From positions 62,001 through 126,000 of the forward strand of contig KZ537969.1 of the NCBI GenBank assembly GCA_000934665.2: a stretch of 64,000 bases of DNA, written 5' to 3'. The stretch is from Catajapyx aquilonaris (lineage: Eukaryota). The position numbers and the translations under genes are program-made. Position 1 is the stretch's first letter. Every line of letters begins with the position of its first letter. Under the pieces are notes generated by a model that did not search any database, was not told the origin of the DNA, and saw only the letters and a list, made by a program, of their open reading frames with translations. Shown piece after piece: positions 25,301-37,294 of this stretch.

Positions 25301-28300
25301 AGTGAATTGGCACGTGGATGTTGATCAGTGACGAATGTTGACGACTTGTTTATTAAATCACTGTTCCGTTAGAGAAATTACAATATCTACACTCTTAACC
25401 ATTTACCTTCTCTAGAGAGGGTAAGAAAGTGGCCATTTTTTACCTTACATTGTAGGGTAAATATTCTTGGGTAAATTGATTCTAAGGTAAATTTTGCATG
25501 TATTACCTTAGAATCAATTTACCCAAGAATATTTACCCTACAATGTAAGGTAAAAAAAATTGCCACTTTTTTACCCTCTCTAGAGAAGGTAAATGGTTAA
25601 GAGTGTATAAAAAAATATTTTTCAAGCCCTCCAAATATTAAAGTCATTCAAAATCACAAATTGAAGGCAATGCTATTTACAGTCAGACGTACTTGTGTAG
25701 ATCATAAAGATGTTTTCTGGCATTGTGAGAAGTTGTACTTGGGCATAATCGGGTGAAAGGTTAGAGCCCTGTGGGGGTTGCATAATAGTGTTATTTTTCC
25801 TTACGCAACATATGGATAACGGGCATGGCACATAGAAGAACATCAGCCTTGAGGGTTACAGAAACAACCATATCCCTTCCTCCTTTTTGTAGGGATAAGT
25901 GACCTTGCTTATGTTGCGAGGACACTTTCGGAAAGGTCGTTCTGGTGGATTTGGCAACATGATCGGATATCATACACACCAGCTGTCTTCATACATTCAT
26001 TTTGCTTACTATGAGGTCCACAGTTTACGTAAATATGTTTAAAGTTGTTGCTAAGGTCAGTCTGTAAGAAGGAGGAACCAGTCACACATGGTGTTTTCGA
26101 CTTATGCCAGCAGCCCAGGCATATAACCCTGGCCATGGACACTTTTTTCTGCAAATGACTCAAACAGCCTAATTTGCTGAATAAGTAATAACCTGTGGCG
26201 TCACCATGCCTGGGCGATATTCGAGAAATTCTTGGGTACATCGTCGATATGACCTGACCTGTCACGTCACTCATAATTATTGTGAAATATTTCCTGTAGC
26301 CAATAATAAAAATTTATTCGATTTTAATCCATCAAAAACTACTTCTAGTGTGAAGCACTATTGATGTCTACTTTAGCCTTTTGTAAACAAGTTGATTGAC
26401 TTTAAAGCAGACGTACAGGATGAAAGAATATTAATTTTAGACCTGACATTTTTCATCATTAATAAACACGATGGGACATAATCTTTACTCAGAATGAACG
26501 ATAAAAAATGAGGTTGAGAGGTTATCACGTGGTTTATTTCTTTCTGATTACCTAAAAAAACTCATGTGACCGCTTATAAAATAGAGTGACATGTTCAGAC
26601 ATTTTAAAGAGCCTGTTGTCACCCACCAGATAGTCCTCATCCATATACGATTGAATGACAATGAAAATGTGTCGTTTAATTAAACAGCTAGAAGGTGCAC
26701 ATTTGCATATATAGCAGTGTTGTCCTCCAGTAAGGCTAAACCGATTGAGATTCTCAGTCTCAGCCTCGACCCTCTTGACCCTCACATGTCGCCAGTCTGT
26801 CAGGCGATAATTATTGTACCCGATTACGCAACTGTGCGGCCTCTTTTGGCCATTTCCTAGGTACTTTATTTTGCAATTTACCATTTTGGGGAGTGCACTA
26901 CGCTGCGGGTTGGCCTTGCCAGCAATTACCCAGCTTCAGATAACAAAAACCGCAAAACACTGTCTTCTGATTTAATATCCATCGAATTTAAAATCATTTG
27001 GGATCACTAATTTTTTTTGCAGTTAAAATCACTTGGCGACAGATGCAGGTCACGTTCTAGGAGATTGGGATAGGGGTATTTTAGTGGTGGGGGAAAAAAT
27101 AGGGGTGGGCTATGATGGAATGTCAGATATCAGTTGGATTGATAGGGTCCTCGGGGGGTGATGATCAGTTGGTATTGTCCATCTTAATTGCATGCCAAAA
27201 ATAGCCAACTTTATCTGGTATTGTCTGACTGTACGCTGTTCAATGACACCTGATCATCAAAAAGACCTACGCCTGCTGGCTTATTGTCAATATTATTGTC
27301 CTTTTATGAACCGTTCTCATTTTTATGGTTCTAACTTCATTAAGGAACAATATACCTTGCGTGAACTATGCTATTCATGGACTATAATGAGTTGGGCCCA
27401 CCTAAACGACAGGATGTAGCCAACAGTGAAAAAAAAATTAAAGGGGACGCCTGAAAATATTGTTAAAAATGCAATTTTGCCCATTTATGGATATGCTTAG
27501 AACAAAAGTGTTGTTGACCCCAAATGTCACTTTGCCAGAGTGTCCAAAATATGTTGACAAACGGTGCTAAAACACGAACCAAATATTTGGCATCATGTAT
27601 ACCTGCAATATTAATAGCCCGTCTGCAATTAGCATAAAGTGTGTGACAAGCCCCACACGCCCTCAGCATAAGTCGTAAAATAAGCATTAATGCAAATGTT
27701 TACCAAACGTGATTATATCACCGCCAGAAATGATTTTCAGACTGACGTTCGGGTCGCCCTTGCTTTCTATTGTATCATTGTTACTCAGGGTGCTTTAGAT
27801 GATCAGGTATGGACTGTTAAACTCATTGTTCCGTCTGGTGGTATGTAAAATAGCAAGTTGAAGAGGTCGAGCGTTCTTGAACCTGGCAACAAACACCGTT
27901 TGTAAAAGGACTGGAAAAACTAAGCAAAAAATTTTTTTTGTCCGACCTTGTGGCTTGTCATCTCATTGCTGGAGCATGTGTACTGGCAAATGGCACGTCC
28001 AGTGCTTTGCAATACGACACCGTACGTGCACGTCCTCACTCTTGGTCAATTTTTTTCTGCACCATATACATATAATGATGTTCATATTACGGGGTCAGAA
28101 CCCGGGAACTTTGAATAAAAAAAGGACCTTATTACAGAAGAGTTATTACATTATGCAATATAGTAAGAGGAGAACGTTGAGATGTATGCCGAATTTCAAG
28201 ATGTTTTCGAGTCCGGAGGTCATATTATTTCGTGGTATTGCAGTGTACCAATGAACATGAGCCATCATTATCGCGACATCCCCTTCCACAAGCTTCTTTC

Positions 28301-29874
28301 CTTCAGGACTTTTTCCCTTCTTCAACCGGATTTTCTCTCAGCAGCAGCCCCCCCTTCCATCCATTTCCTTCACTTCCCCCCCCCCCCCACCTCCCTCACC
28401 ATCCCCGAAAGGAATGCCAGGCAAGCCAGACAACCCGGGCCAACCAACCTCACACCCCCGGGTCGACCACCCAAAAAAAAACAGAAAATAATATAGAGAA
28501 ACTTGTGAAAGGAAGTGAGTTACCAAGAGAAAATATGGACCCCCTACGACATTACCAGAAGACCTCGAGGAAAAAAGTGGGTCATACTATAGGTAATCAC
28601 AATATGCCTACGCTCCTCGAAGTGTATGTGCCACAAGTAGTGGTGTCGTCAGCTTCTCCTGAGGCAACAATCATCATGACACCCCTTATTTACTGAGGAA
28701 AATTTCGCTTAACGCGGCTATTTACGACACTCCCAACTGCTGCTGTTGACTAGACCTTTTATGTCTGTGAGACCACACTACTGTGCTTCTCAAAATAGTT
28801 GGGCAAAAAAAAGGACCAAGGGGTTTTGTTCACTAAAGGCATTGGTGGTCCTCCCACTCAGAACCGACTCAATGTACTGTTCACATATCGCGAAACAGAC
28901 ACGCGTCATTCTTCATTTGATTAATTACCATCCAAGCTGTGTCATAATTATAAAGCAAATTTTATGTCAGAAGAAATTGATTGATGGATTTATAGTTTTG
29001 GCAGGAATTTCTCCTTGTATGATTAACAGGGCATTATCCGGGTGGGGAAAGAACGATAAGGATCGAAAGACATTTTTCATATTTTTTGAACACACATAGC
29101 AGGATGGGTGTGGGGCAGCCTGTGCCTGATGGTATGTATGTGATAGCAGGCATTTAGATGCTGTGAAAAACCTTGCTACCTGGGTGGCCTATCCTTACGA
29201 CCAACTGAAACAATGCCCCAGTGACACAGTGAAACAGTGAAACATACAGCCCCCAAAAAATGTAGACATAAATATAGTACAGTCCTACAAGTTTAGATAG
29301 CTAAGGCACTAAGGGGTAGAGTAAATAAAAGGAAAGGATAAAATAATAAACTTGGTCTGGCGCGTTGACGTTTCTTTAAAAAAAATTAAATTAACACTAG
29401 CCTACATCCCTCTGAGTCAGACATTTTGAGCCAAGTTGTCACACTTGATGATAGCATTTTTGTGATTGGTCAACTTCCGCCCACACTGTCTTATGAGGAT
29501 ATTGCTTATTGCTATTTATTACATCAACCACTGATCGGCTTTTGACTACTAGTTTGAAGGCAGAGGTCACTCGGGCCAACACTGGCCCCTTGACCTCTGC
29601 TCACGGGCAAACATAATATGGCGAGAAGCCGAAGGCCACCGAAGAGACGCCGCGAAAAAGAAGCACTTTGGAACCCCCAGGCCGAATCACCCCCTCGTTA
29701 AGGTCATGGAGGGTTTTGCGATAAGCAATTTGAATGAATGCATTTCTTTTTGAGCATTCAACCCTTGCCAACCGAGTCAGCACTAGTGAGGCTATGCAGC
29801 AAGCTAAATGAAGTCAATAATAAACAAAAGTGGGTGGATGCACTCGGATGACCACAGTCCGGAATTAATCGCAT
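16322..29874 (-). CDS. Col4a1: Collagen IV alpha chain, Cg25C/Col4a1-like, ~1772 aa. Exons (5'->3') 29874-29773 (putative signal exon), 23572-23441, 22379-22245, 22178-22071, 22006-21593, 21529-21248, 21182-20975, 20912-19933, 19867-19705, 19640-19239, 19149-18926, 18833-18567, 18500-18098, 18039-17917, 17855-17397, 17308-16765, 16694-16322
   Basis: Interrupted Gly-X-Y domain; 7S-region cysteines ([17 protein letters not shown]); NC1 [13 protein letters not shown]...CNYASRND...PIPMMPV...ETLKSG...RCQVC, resembling Drosophila Cg25C. Splice phases are consistent. The first coding exon is inferred and has a weak donor (GTTGGC). Confidence 0.93.
23875..23945 (+). tRNA. tRNA-Gly-GCC: tRNA-Gly (anticodon GCC), 71 nt, in a Col4a1 intron on the opposite strand
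   Basis: GCATCGGTGGTTCAGTGGTAGAATGCTCGCCTGCCACGCGGGCGACCCGGGTTCGATTCCCGGCCGATGCA: acceptor stem GCATCGG/CCGATGC, A and B boxes, anticodon loop CTGCCAC, Pol III T5 terminator at 23949-23953. Confidence 0.97.
25390..25605. mobile_element. Foldback MITE with ~100-bp inverted arms and flanking TA
   Basis: TA-CACTCTTAACCATTTACCTTCTCTAGAGAGGGTAA... and ...TTACCCTCTCTAGAGAAGGTAAATGGTTAAGAGTG-TA. Arms are nearly identical around a 12-nt spacer (25491-25502). Confidence 0.9.
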
Positions 29875-31167
29875 CTGAATCGGGGTCAAAGCTGACTTTG
29901 CTTTTATTAATGGCACACTCATCGTTTCGAATATGCGGAAAAATTGCTGGCGACATCGGTTTAATCTACATATTTCACGACGTATGTCCCCTTGTTCTCG
30001 ATGCAAATAAATATGGAGGCCTCGACGTATGCTCCAGGGTGATCATTAGGGGTAGTTTTTAACGGGGAAGGTTTTTAGCACATTGGACTTGACCTCCGAG
30101 GTCATCCTTGGCCGTAGGAGACGTAAGGGCAGAAAAGCTAGAACCCCGGATGTAGCATCGATTCATTCAAAGTGTATCCTGCTTGTCCATTGCCAATTAT
30201 TACTACAAATAATCCGATTTATCTTTCACTCTTCAACACATTTAATCTCCAAAAAGGGGACGTGCTCACTGATGAACATACCCATTTTCTGTATCATGTG
30301 CACATGATATTGGCAAGTAACTCTTGCAAGATTTGATAACAACATTAGAACCTGCACGATCCGTGAATAGGTTAAGGACGAATGCGATAACGAGTGGTCC
30401 TAAAAAGCACACTTGTTTATGAACAAGATTTTTTCGCCATAATTAATGAAGAAGGAAGGCGTAAATAATGGTAGCAAAAACTACTAGTTTGTAAACAGCT
30501 GCAACTTGTGATCATATAGAACAAGTTCCTATCAGGGAAAGGAAACGGAAATGTCCTTTGGAAGGATGGGGGTGAGTCGACTGAGAGCATGAATGAAGTC
30601 AGTTGTCAGCTGGAGATAAATGTTGCGCAATTATCTCTCCTTTTTGCTTTAGAAAACTTTAGATTGGGGTTTCACAGCTTAAGACTTCAGATCGTTAAAT
30701 ATAGTCTACCAGGTAGGAAACAGCAGCTCAGTTTATTTTCTTAACGCTCGAATATTTTTAGGGACTTTCAGGACTACATTGTACAGGTCAGAACAAACAC
30801 AAAAATATGGACTTCCGCATCACATGGCCTTGCAACATAAAATCAAAATAACGAACTTTGGCCTTGTTGGCCACTTGGTCGAATCTGGATGCACTCAGTT
30901 AGTTAAGAAGAAGTGGGAAGGAAACATATTTGATTATTTGTGAAGCTTTCTGTTGGCAGCCAGACATGGCTATATAAAGAGAAATAATTACTGTAATTTT
31001 AAAATGGCATTGTTACATTTTGAAGCGACTCGAAGAATGTTGAGGACCATTAATGGCAGCTGAAACTCATTTCATTTCGTGATGAAGTTCAGATTCATAA
31101 AATTGCTGAGTGGAAAGAGTATCAAAAAAAACATAATGAAGTACGTCAGACTTTGAGAGGACCCAGT

Positions 31168-31560
31168 ACTCACCGGTCACGATAACCGACGTTGATTTAT
31201 AGCCGGTAGTACACAAAAAAATAATTTTGAATCCTATTTATTTAAAATAGTTACTTGCTGCGAACACGCGTTTTCAAGCCCCCCTTTTTCTCCCCTTCCC
31301 AACGAATTACGGTACGTCCAAAGAATATTAAGCGGACAGGTGTTGAAAAGGAGGCGGTGAGTAAGCGAGATGTCAGCCTGATGCCTGCCTAGCGGCCAAG
31401 ATTGCAACTGAAGACCAATTTGCTCCCCCTGTCAGCCACGGGGTCACGGGTATACCACCCATACTAGTTAGGTCGAAAAGAAAGTGCCAGAAACGGTAGC
31501 TACGATATATCGATATTCATGGGTGACATCTTGTGATTGGCGCGTGACATCAGTGGCTCC
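31168..31560. promoter_or_regulatory. Candidate shared promoter region of the collagen IV pair
   Basis: Lies between the divergent start codons. Outward-facing GTGAGT donors at 31173 (-) and 31357 (+), DRE TATCGATA at 31508-31515, reverse CCAAT near 31535. Motifs only. Confidence 0.3.
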
Positions 31561-34500
31561 TCCCATTTTTAACGGACTTTTTCTTTTGATATTATATGAC
31601 TAGACAGTGCAAATGTTGAGCGTTGTAACTTCATACGTCCCACGTGGGACGATGGTATGCATATCACACCATGCAGACTAAGCAACGACGGACCACAAAT
31701 TCAGCAGCCACTTCCGACAGTCACACAGCCTCGTGGCCACTTCACTTATCCTATTCATCTCGTTACTGTTTCATCTTATTAGTTGTCAGCACGAAGCAGG
31801 CCACACGCACTGTACGTCCGTCGAAAAATCAGCATTTTCAAGGATTGTCTTGGGGTCACCGTCCGAATATATTTGGTGGCGAGGAATTCGGACCACTTTA
31901 CTTGAATTGTATATGGAAGTGGTCTCTCAAGGTTTGAAAAGCAAGGAAGTTTGTGTATACTGGTACCACAAATGTCTAAACACCAGTTCCAGACGCCCAT
32001 GGAGGATGGGGTGGGTTTAACCAAAGACAAAAAAAAAATCTTGGTATGCCGCAAATAGTAATGTCTGTTTGCTGTCTGCATGGGAGCTGTCGAGTGCAAG
32101 TTGGACGTACCCAATTATTTTTCTTTGTGATTTTTTTTTTTGCTTCGAAGGATTCTGTCTCGTTCCCAGAAGGACGAAAGTGCGCGGGAAGGAAATGTGT
32201 GGCCCAGGAAAAGACACTTCCTCTTTGTCCCCACAGATAGTGCGTGTTAATTGAGCACCATAGATAGCTCTTAGAGGCGTATCCACAACGAGAAAACCCC
32301 TCCATTCTTCTTATTCCGGATGTCTCATTTGCGAAGCTACTGGACTGTCCAGTGTCCAGTCTGTCGGAGGTCATTGCTCATGATGGAAGGTCATCATACA
32401 TCTGCACCGTGAAGCGAAATCTGATATTTGGCTGAGTTTAAATATAGCTCACTCATCATGGGTGTAAGCGACCTTCATTTTTCTAGAAATATCATATATG
32501 TCTTTGCAAAGTCGCGGTATTTTGCGTAAAGATTCAGACACATGCGTGTGCGTGAGTTCGCATATGATAACACCTTCCTCCAAGAAATGCCCAATGCGGA
32601 AGTCCCATCCCGACCCCCTTTTCTCAAATAGATGCAGCTGCCAAACTTGCGTACAATATTAATCTCACGCACGTACGCATCCGTGTCTAGGCACATCCTT
32701 ATCATTTGCGATTATTAGCCATATTCTGGGGCTTAAAAAATGGCATGACCTATCTTATAAAGATGTATAATAAACCGATTATGTAATTTTTGCATATGGT
32801 CCCTCATGGTGTCTGAAGGTCGTGGTGCGTGTGAATGTGTGAATACATGTGGGAATAAGTGTGGTGGGGTGGGCTGGACGGATTCTTTATGTCCGGGGCT
32901 GCTCCTTTTCTGATGGTGACAGCAGGATGTAAACATATGCCCAAACCACGGGACAACCCGAGGAACGCCCATACCGACGCTGTTTTCTATACCCAGTACA
33001 GTACACTACAGCCTGTTTACCCCCCGAAGCTGAGAACTAACTGTCTAGGGGTTGTTTTTTTTGTGTATCTCAAGTTTTTTGTGTACAACCCTTGGGCTAA
33101 TATGCCGGGTTGGATGGAAAGAAACACGTGGCCGCTACAGTTCCGTCAAGAGTACTTGTCAGAGGTGTTGATCATTTGTTTGTATAATTATGGTCGACAA
33201 TCAGATAATTGCTTCAGGTTTTCACCATGCAAAATGTGCTCTGCTGATGCATGCTGTTGCCATGAGAAATATTTTTTTATATCGTTTATCAGTTCAATTA
33301 ACACTGGAGGGTCACCTTGCATAACCTCCGTTGGTGTTACGTGATCCGTCGTTTGTCCCAACTTTGGCCCACAACCGTTTGTAACGAAAAAAAAGGGTTG
33401 TTCACAAAAAAACGGATGGTAAAAACTAGTGTGACACATTAAACCTGGAATGACGAATCCAATTGTGCCTGGGCTTGTTAAAATATGGACTTTTTTAAAA
33501 TTAACTTTGCCCTTTGCCCTTGAGTAGCAAATGTGGTGACATTGATAGCCCAGGCATGTCCTGAGACAGCAGGACATCCGAGACAGTTAGCAACATGATA
33601 CAAGTAAAGGCAGTCCAATATTGCTAATGTCGGAATATGAGAAGGAAATGATAATGAGCGGGGAAAGCAATAGATGACACCAACATATTCGCAGTGTCAT
33701 TATTATTTTGAAACTAAGTTATTAGTAATTTAATATTAAAATGAGTAGTTAATTAGGCCTTAAAATTTGCTACAATCAGACCAGGTCGTGACATGCTTGT
33801 CAATCATAAGAACTGTCCAAACTAACACTTAGCAGGTCACACAACTTACACATGATAATTAGGCTAGTAAGGCCGTCTCTTCCTATTTGAATACATTACG
33901 CATGCGAGCTGAAGACTGTTTACCTCTCTTGATTCGATTAACATCACATTAATCCCATTGTGCCTATCTATGCAAAACGAATCAAAGTTGCAATCGGAGG
34001 TTACAGATTCGCACTATATGACCTCAGTATGACCTGAACATAACGACGTCTAGACTGATTAACCTGGCACAATAGGCACGTAAGGCCCACGCGACCATTT
34101 AAGACGACATTTTCCTTCCGAGACAATCGACATACGTGCCACCTGCGTAATTATATGGCCAGAAAAGGAATAAAAAATGGAAGTTTGTGGCTCATTATTT
34201 TCTCCTTGGAATAACATAGGCTGCACACATATACACATGGGGAGGGTGATGGTGGGCGGTGAGTAGGGGGTGGGAGGCTGCTTGCATTTCCTTGACTCCA
34301 TTGCCCCACTTCTTGCACTTTTTTTTTTTTAATGCTGGCATGTGTATGTTTATGCATGGCAGTGCAGTACCCATGGTCATTACGTCACCACTCGAAGCAC
34401 CGCGTTGACAAAGTACAATTTTGTTAATTTAATTTTTGATATGTATTGTGCCTTTAAAAAATCCGTGTTATCCTGCGTAGTTAATCAGGGAAAAGTACAG

Positions 34501-37294
34501 GGTGGTTGTGTCGTCCAAATGGTTGGAATTTATGATTTTAGCCCACAAGTCGTCCTTCCTATTCCGCCCACCCCTAACTCAAGTCAAGTGCTCAAATTCT
34601 GCACGCCCTTAAACAGGCTGATTCAGAAATTGCGTCATTTTTGTAAGAGTCTCTTTACTACCACCTGTTGCAAAAAAAATCTAGCAACTAGAGTGATACC
34701 ACACATATCCATCAAGGCCCTCCCATATGAGGATCAACATATGCCCACATCCATCACGCCGAAATTGTTTTGGTGGATTGCATTCAGAGGATGATGTGTG
34801 TGGTATGGCAAAATGCAAGAACACACCACCTACACTGGGTGTTTGCGTGCAGTTGCACATGTGGCCATGACTTTTATACTGCAAAGACTTCCTTGTCTGG
34901 ATGCTGTCGCAACTTTATTGTGAGATACGTTCCAGAGGGTAGCAATTTTTTTTATTCTTCAAGAGAAGCCGGTTGGAAATACCAAGAGTTTGTACTGTGC
35001 ACTGGAATTCGCGAATTTATGAGGGTCTGGCATCGGTCGTGAATTTAAACTGGCAGATGTCGAAAGTTGTTATAAGGGGGGGTTAAAAACTCGCTGGGAG
35101 ATCAAGTTACGAGGTATTGACTTGTCAGATTCACATAAACGCGGTTACGTCAGGCAAGTCTGAATAGTTTACTGCAGACAGCGAATAGATTTACGGCTGG
35201 TAACGTTGATTCCACTTATGTCAGTTTAGCAGGTCACCAGATGTTGCAATGTGTCAATTTCGCCGAGTTTTATTACGCCGATCTGCATCGGTTAATTTTT
35301 TGACGTTTGTTGTTGTTTGAAAAAAATTATATTATAAATGCAATTTAAATTTAAATTGTAGAGACCATGCTCTTTCAATGTCCACTCCCATATTGCATGT
35401 GCGAAAAATTTCGACGCAATGCAGTTCGGCGAAACAGGCTCGGACCCACATGTTCACTATATTTAACACCGAAAATCACAAAAAACTGGTTGAAGGCACG
35501 GGATGTGCAGTACTAACAATCAACTCTCTGGACTACCACATTCCGTTGTGGATATCCCCATAAATCATGGCTACCGTCACATTTAAAAATGCAAAAACCG
35601 TCAGAAATGGCCTCAGTATACTACTTGACCCTACACCCTCCCTCTCCTTCCACCACCCATCAACACCCCCTTGAACACTCTCGTAGCAGCACAGCATCCC
35701 TCAAGTGAGATCAGCCCTATTTGTGGTCCCTTCCAGTAAGGTCCCACGCCTTCCATCCGTGCCAGACGTGTAGGCTTTTGGTGCCTATACCCGGAAGGTT
35801 TCTTCTTATAAACATGAACAGCTGTCACTGGTCGGACACACCTACCAGAGACATTGTCCAGGAACTTAATTTGACAAGGGTCTGTAGTTAAGAAAATGTG
35901 ACTTTTTTTCTTTTCTTCTTATGAAGTCCCCAACAGTGTGACAGCGATGGGTCTGAGATGCCATCAGTCTTGGGGTCCCTAACAATTTGTCAGGATGAGG
36001 ACAAGGGTGGCTGCCGAGAAGAATAGAAAAGGTGGTGTTCTAGACACTTAGCATGCTGCCGATGTCCCCTAAGGAAGACCTGACCCATATTTTATAATGG
36101 GTGGGATTCTTGGTTCCTTCTTCGAACATATTTCTTGGCAGCTTTTACCACACACAAAACACATGTCTCGAGGCGGCGACGTCCCCAAAAATCCGCCCAC
36201 TCCCTTTTTTTCCAGTTCCCAAAATTATACTTGAAGAAAAAGGGCCCGGGAGCTCGCTTCCCCCCAAATTTGTGGAGGGTCAGACCAATCTTTGGGTCAG
36301 ACCATTGCGAAAACTGTTTAACATTAACCATCATTCCCTTCCCTTGTTAGGACCGTCCCTTTTTTTCTACTTTTGCTTTCGATCTGAAACCGGCTTCCAT
36401 TGGCAATGGATTCCAGAAATCTTCCAAGGTCCTTCTCTTCTTTGGATCCCTGGCCGCGACCCCTCTTGTTTCCCCGTCCCAAAGAGGTCGGAGAAGCAGC
36501 ACAAAGAAAAAGGGACCAAGGAATCTGGCAAGCTGGAAGACTCGGGGACGATGGTGCGTACGTGCGTGCACCGGCACTCGGGGAAGGAACCACACCCATG
36601 GTTCATCCGGAGTGTCGGAACAGGCGTACCAACCCACCTCATTCATTTTTTTTTAAAAAAAAAATCACGTGTGCCAAGAATAGTGTACTTACAGCCTCGA
36701 CGGTACTGACGGTGCACGCGACGATAAGTAAGAGCCACATCCTGGAACATAAACCCCTGATGTATACATACCCATTAAACACATCATATGCTGTACTCAC
36801 CATCTCGATAGATCCCAATGTAACGCGGTCCACCGCTGTGCCCGGAGGACACTCATCCCGACGGATGCGATGGTCAATCAAAGTCTATACACGCACACGT
36901 ACCGGCACACGTGTGGCCAACCACTCAGATGTCCATGCCCTCCTGTTTTTCCAACAGCCCTTAACCAACTCTTGGCACCGGTACCTTCTCTTAGACTGGT
37001 CTGCGTTGAAGATCTCCAGAGTCAGAGAGGCAGGAAGGAACCCTGGGCGAAAGAAGGTCCGGGGGGGTCGGAGGCGGGACCTACAGGGAACCACCGCCCC
37101 GCCCCTAGGCAAGTAGTCCTCCCGACAGCCTCTGCTTCATCGCCAAAGGAAGAGGAGGATGGACCATGCAGCAGTATGCGGAGGGATATATCCTCCAGCA
37201 GGGGGAGACCGAGGGGGTGGCGGCAGACCAAAGCAGTCAGTCTCGAGAGCTGGTGGCCAAGAGCTGGGAGCATCAGAGAAGGCAGCGACAGACC

